Shown in pieces: positions 61,378 through 64,000 of a stretch of DNA of 64,000 nucleotides; position 1 is the stretch's first letter, and the number at the start of each line of letters is the position of its first letter. The stretch is from contig CAXRAW010000052.1 of NCBI GenBank assembly GCA_964228785.1, forward strand, positions 11,141 to 75,140, in the 5' to 3' direction. The stretch is from Flavobacteriaceae bacterium (GTDB taxonomy: Bacteria; Bacteroidota; Bacteroidia; Flavobacteriales; Flavobacteriaceae). The position numbers and the translations under genes were made by a program. The notes under the pieces were generated by a model. That model was not told where the DNA came from and did no database searches. It worked only from the letters and a program-made list of their open reading frames with translations.

Positions 61378-64000
61378 ATGAGCATTTCATCAAAATATGA
61401 TGCTAGTTTAGTAGAGGATAAATGGTATGACTACTGGATGAAACACAACTATTTTCATTCGGAAGTGGACCAAAGAGTGCCTTACACTATTGTCATTCCC
61501 CCACCAAATGTAACTGGGGTGTTGCACATGGGGCATATGCTTAACAATACCATACAAGATGTACTTATTCGTCGTGCTCGTTTAATGGGGAAAAATGCGT
61601 GTTGGATTCCTGGAATGGATCACGCTTCTATTGCTACAGAAGCCAAAGTAGTGGCAAAACTAAAGGAAGAGGGAATAGATAAGAACGTGTTATCTCGTGA
61701 GGAGTTTCTTGAACATGCTTGGGAATGGAAACGCAAATATGGAGGTATTATCTTAGAGCAGTTGAAGAAATTAGGTGCTTCGTGTGATTGGGAACGCACC
61801 AAATTTACCATGGATCCAGAGATGTCTGAGGCGGTTATACAGGTATTTGTTGATCTTTACAATAAAGGACTCATCTATCGTGGTTATAGAATGGTAAATT
61901 GGGATCCAGAGGCTAAGACGACACTTTCTGATGAGGAGGTAGAATATGTAGAAAAACAAGGGAAATTGTACTATGTTAGTTATCAGATAGAAGATAGCAA
62001 TGAAACACTCACCATTGCAACTACTCGCCCAGAAACTATCCTAGGTGATACTGCTATCTGTATTCATCCCACAGATGAACGCCATAGTCATTTAAAAGGG
62101 AAGAGCGTTGTAGTTCCTATTTGTAACCGCTCTATTCCCGTTATAGAAGACGAGTATGTTGATGTGGAGTTTGGAACAGGATGTTTAAAAGTGACTCCCG
62201 CCCATGATGAAAACGATAAGGTTTTAGGCGATAAGCACAACTTGGAAATCATTGATATTTTTAACAATGACGCAACATTGAACTCCTTTGGAATGCATTA
62301 TGAGGGCAAAGATCGTTTTGTGGTTAGAAAAGAGATCGTTCGAGAGCTTGAGGAGAAAGGTCATATTGTAAAAATTGAGCATCATACCAATCGAGTTGGT
62401 ATTTCTGAACGCACAAAAGCGATCATAGAGCCCCGATTGTCGGACCAGTGGTTTTTAAAAATGGAGGAGTTGGCAAAACCTGCCTTAGATGCCGTGCTCA
62501 CCACTGGTGATGTAAAGCTCTTCCCAAAAAAGTTTGAAAATACCTATCGCCACTGGATGGAGAACATTCGAGATTGGAATATTTCACGTCAGTTGTGGTG
62601 GGGACAGCAAATCCCAGCGTATTATTATGGAGATGGAAAAGATGATTTTGTGGTGGCAGAAAACCAAGAAAAAGCCCTTGAACTTGCTAGAGAGGCTTCA
62701 CTAAATCCGGGGCTTCAAATGCAGGATCTAAAGCAAGATGCTGATGTACTAGACACATGGTTTTCTTCTTGGTTGTGGCCTATTTCGGTATTTGATGGTA
62801 TTCGAAATCCAGAAAATAAAGAAATTAATTACTACTATCCTACCAATGACTTGGTTACTGGTCCAGATATTTTATTTTTCTGGGTTGCCAGAATGATCAT
62901 CGCTGGATATGCCTTTAAAGATGCTCGCCCGTTTAACAATGTATATCTGACGGGACTGGTTCGAGACAAGCAGCGAAGAAAAATGTCTAAGCAATTGGGA
63001 AATTCTCCTGATGCGTTAAAATTAATTCGAGATTATGGGGCTGATGGTGTAAGAGTTGGATTGTTGCTAAGTGCTGCAGCTGGAAATGACTTAATGTTTG
63101 ATGAGGTGCTGTGCCAACAGGGGAAGGGACTAGCAAATAAAGTTTGGAGTGCTTTTTACTTAACAACATTGTGGAAGACTTCTGAATCTGTTGAGCAACC
63201 AAAATCAGCAGCAATAGCTATTGAGTGGTATGAATCGAAATTTTACAAGACGTTGGAAGATATTGAGCATTATTTTTCTAAATACAGACTTTCCGATGCA
63301 TTGATGGCGATTTATAAGTTGATTTTTGATGATTTTTGTGGATTTTTCTTAGAGTTGGTAAAACCACCCTATCAACAGCCTATCAATTTACACACTTACC
63401 ATAAAGTGATTGAATTGTTCGAGGATAATCTGAAAATTTTACATCCATTTATGCCGTTTTTAACAGAAGAGATTTGGCAATCGATTAAGGAAAGAAGACC
63501 AGAGGATGCCCTTATTATAGCCTCATATCCTCAACAGGGTTCTTATGATTTAAATCTTATGTCTGACTTTGATTTTGCAACGGAGGTCATCTCGGGATTG
63601 AGAACAGTTCGTAAAGAAAGGAATATCGCCTTTAAAGATCCAATTGAAGTTTTTATCATGAATAATGAAGGGATTACTGGCGATTTTAATACTGTAATTC
63701 AGAAGTTGACCAATTCGTCTGCTATTACAGAAGTAACAGAAAAGGTAAGCGGTGCTTCTTTTAGAGTGAAATCCAACGAGTACTTTGTTCCACTTTCTCT
63801 AGATCATGTGAATGTGAAAGGGGAAATTGAAAAGTTGACTAAGGAGTTGATCCGTGCAGAGGGTTTCCTCGCCGGGATTCAGAAAAAGTTGTCCAATGAA
63901 CGTTTTGTCAACAATGCGCCAGAAAAGGTGATTGCTCTAGAGCAAAAAAAAGAATCGGACACCTTGGCTAAAATTGAGACCATACAGTCTAGCCTCAAAA
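61378..64000 (+). CDS. valS: Valine--tRNA ligase (runs off window edge; not in ORF track)
   Basis: Manual translation from ATG 61378: PPPNVTGVLHMGH, TTRPET, DWNISRQLWWG, DTWFSS, KMSK. Confidence 0.97.
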   Translation, partial: MSISSKYDASLVEDKWYDYWMKHNYFHSEVDQRVPYTIVIPPPNVTGVLHMGHMLNNTIQDVLIRRARLMGKNACWIPGMDHASIATEAKVVAKLKEEGIDKNVLSREEFLEHAWEWKRKYGGIILEQLKKLGASCDWERTKFTMDPEMSEAVIQVFVDLYNKGLIYRGYRMVNWDPEAKTTLSDEEVEYVEKQGKLYYVSYQIEDSNETLTIATTRPETILGDTAICIHPTDERHSHLKGKSVVVPICNRSIPVIEDEYVDVEFGTGCLKVTPAHDENDKVLGDKHNLEIIDIFNNDATLNSFGMHYEGKDRFVVRKEIVRELEEKGHIVKIEHHTNRVGISERTKAIIEPRLSDQWFLKMEELAKPALDAVLTTGDVKLFPKKFENTYRHWMENIRDWNISRQLWWGQQIPAYYYGDGKDDFVVAENQEKALELAREASLNPGLQMQDLKQDADVLDTWFSSWLWPISVFDGIRNPENKEINYYYPTNDLVTGPDILFFWVARMIIAGYAFKDARPFNNVYLTGLVRDKQRRKMSKQLGNSPDALKLIRDYGADGVRVGLLLSAAAGNDLMFDEVLCQQGKGLANKVWSAFYLTTLWKTSESVEQPKSAAIAIEWYESKFYKTLEDIEHYFSKYRLSDALMAIYKLIFDDFCGFFLELVKPPYQQPINLHTYHKVIELFEDNLKILHPFMPFLTEEIWQSIKERRPEDALIIASYPQQGSYDLNLMSDFDFATEVISGLRTVRKERNIAFKDPIEVFIMNNEGITGDFNTVIQKLTNSSAITEVTEKVSGASFRVKSNEYFVPLSLDHVNVKGEIEKLTKELIRAEGFLAGIQKKLSNERFVNNAPEKVIALEQKKESDTLAKIETIQSSLK

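Noticed and set aside
61620-63214. Three minus-strand ORFs
   Set aside because: Antisense shadows of valS; the same applies to the other short antisense or alternative-frame ORFs nested in confident genes
1-64000. CRISPR array, rRNA, intact prophage or defence operon
   Set aside because: No regularly spaced repeats, rRNA-like sequence, cas, phage structural or recognisable defence genes seen

Overview
Chromosomal segment of an AT-rich Flavobacteriaceae bacterium (Polaribacter/Tenacibaculum-like by gene content and TAnnTTTG promoters; inference). It is mostly housekeeping: hmgA (partial), ferredoxin/FNR/NifU/Mrp, queD, pth-rplY-prs, two tRNAs, the MoxR-DUF58-batABCDE operon, tyrS, pyrC, hemD, radA, panD/panC, glmS, murB and valS (partial). 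The accessory parts are the interesting ones. (1) A ~1.76 kb foreign element sits directly after glmS and is almost devoid of the GpC dinucleotide (2 found by manual scan). It carries a start-less recombinase-like ORF overlapping the glmS 3' end, a ~370-nt ORF-free region packed with stems and a possible pseudoknot (candidate large ncRNA), Shine-Dalgarno-led small genes including an excisionase-like HTH, and ends at a frameshifted IS200 tnpA. (2) A SulP / iota-class (COG4337-like) carbonic anhydrase with a variant HGSH motif / DUF2490 / SulP locus is preceded by a PPP-ending small ORF. (3) Three copies of a Flavo-1-like structured repeat show a compensatory base change, and one carries a ~200-nt structured insert. 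(4) A TonB receptor with two related lipoproteins is followed by an aminotransferase remnant. All calls are by eye; no database searches were run.
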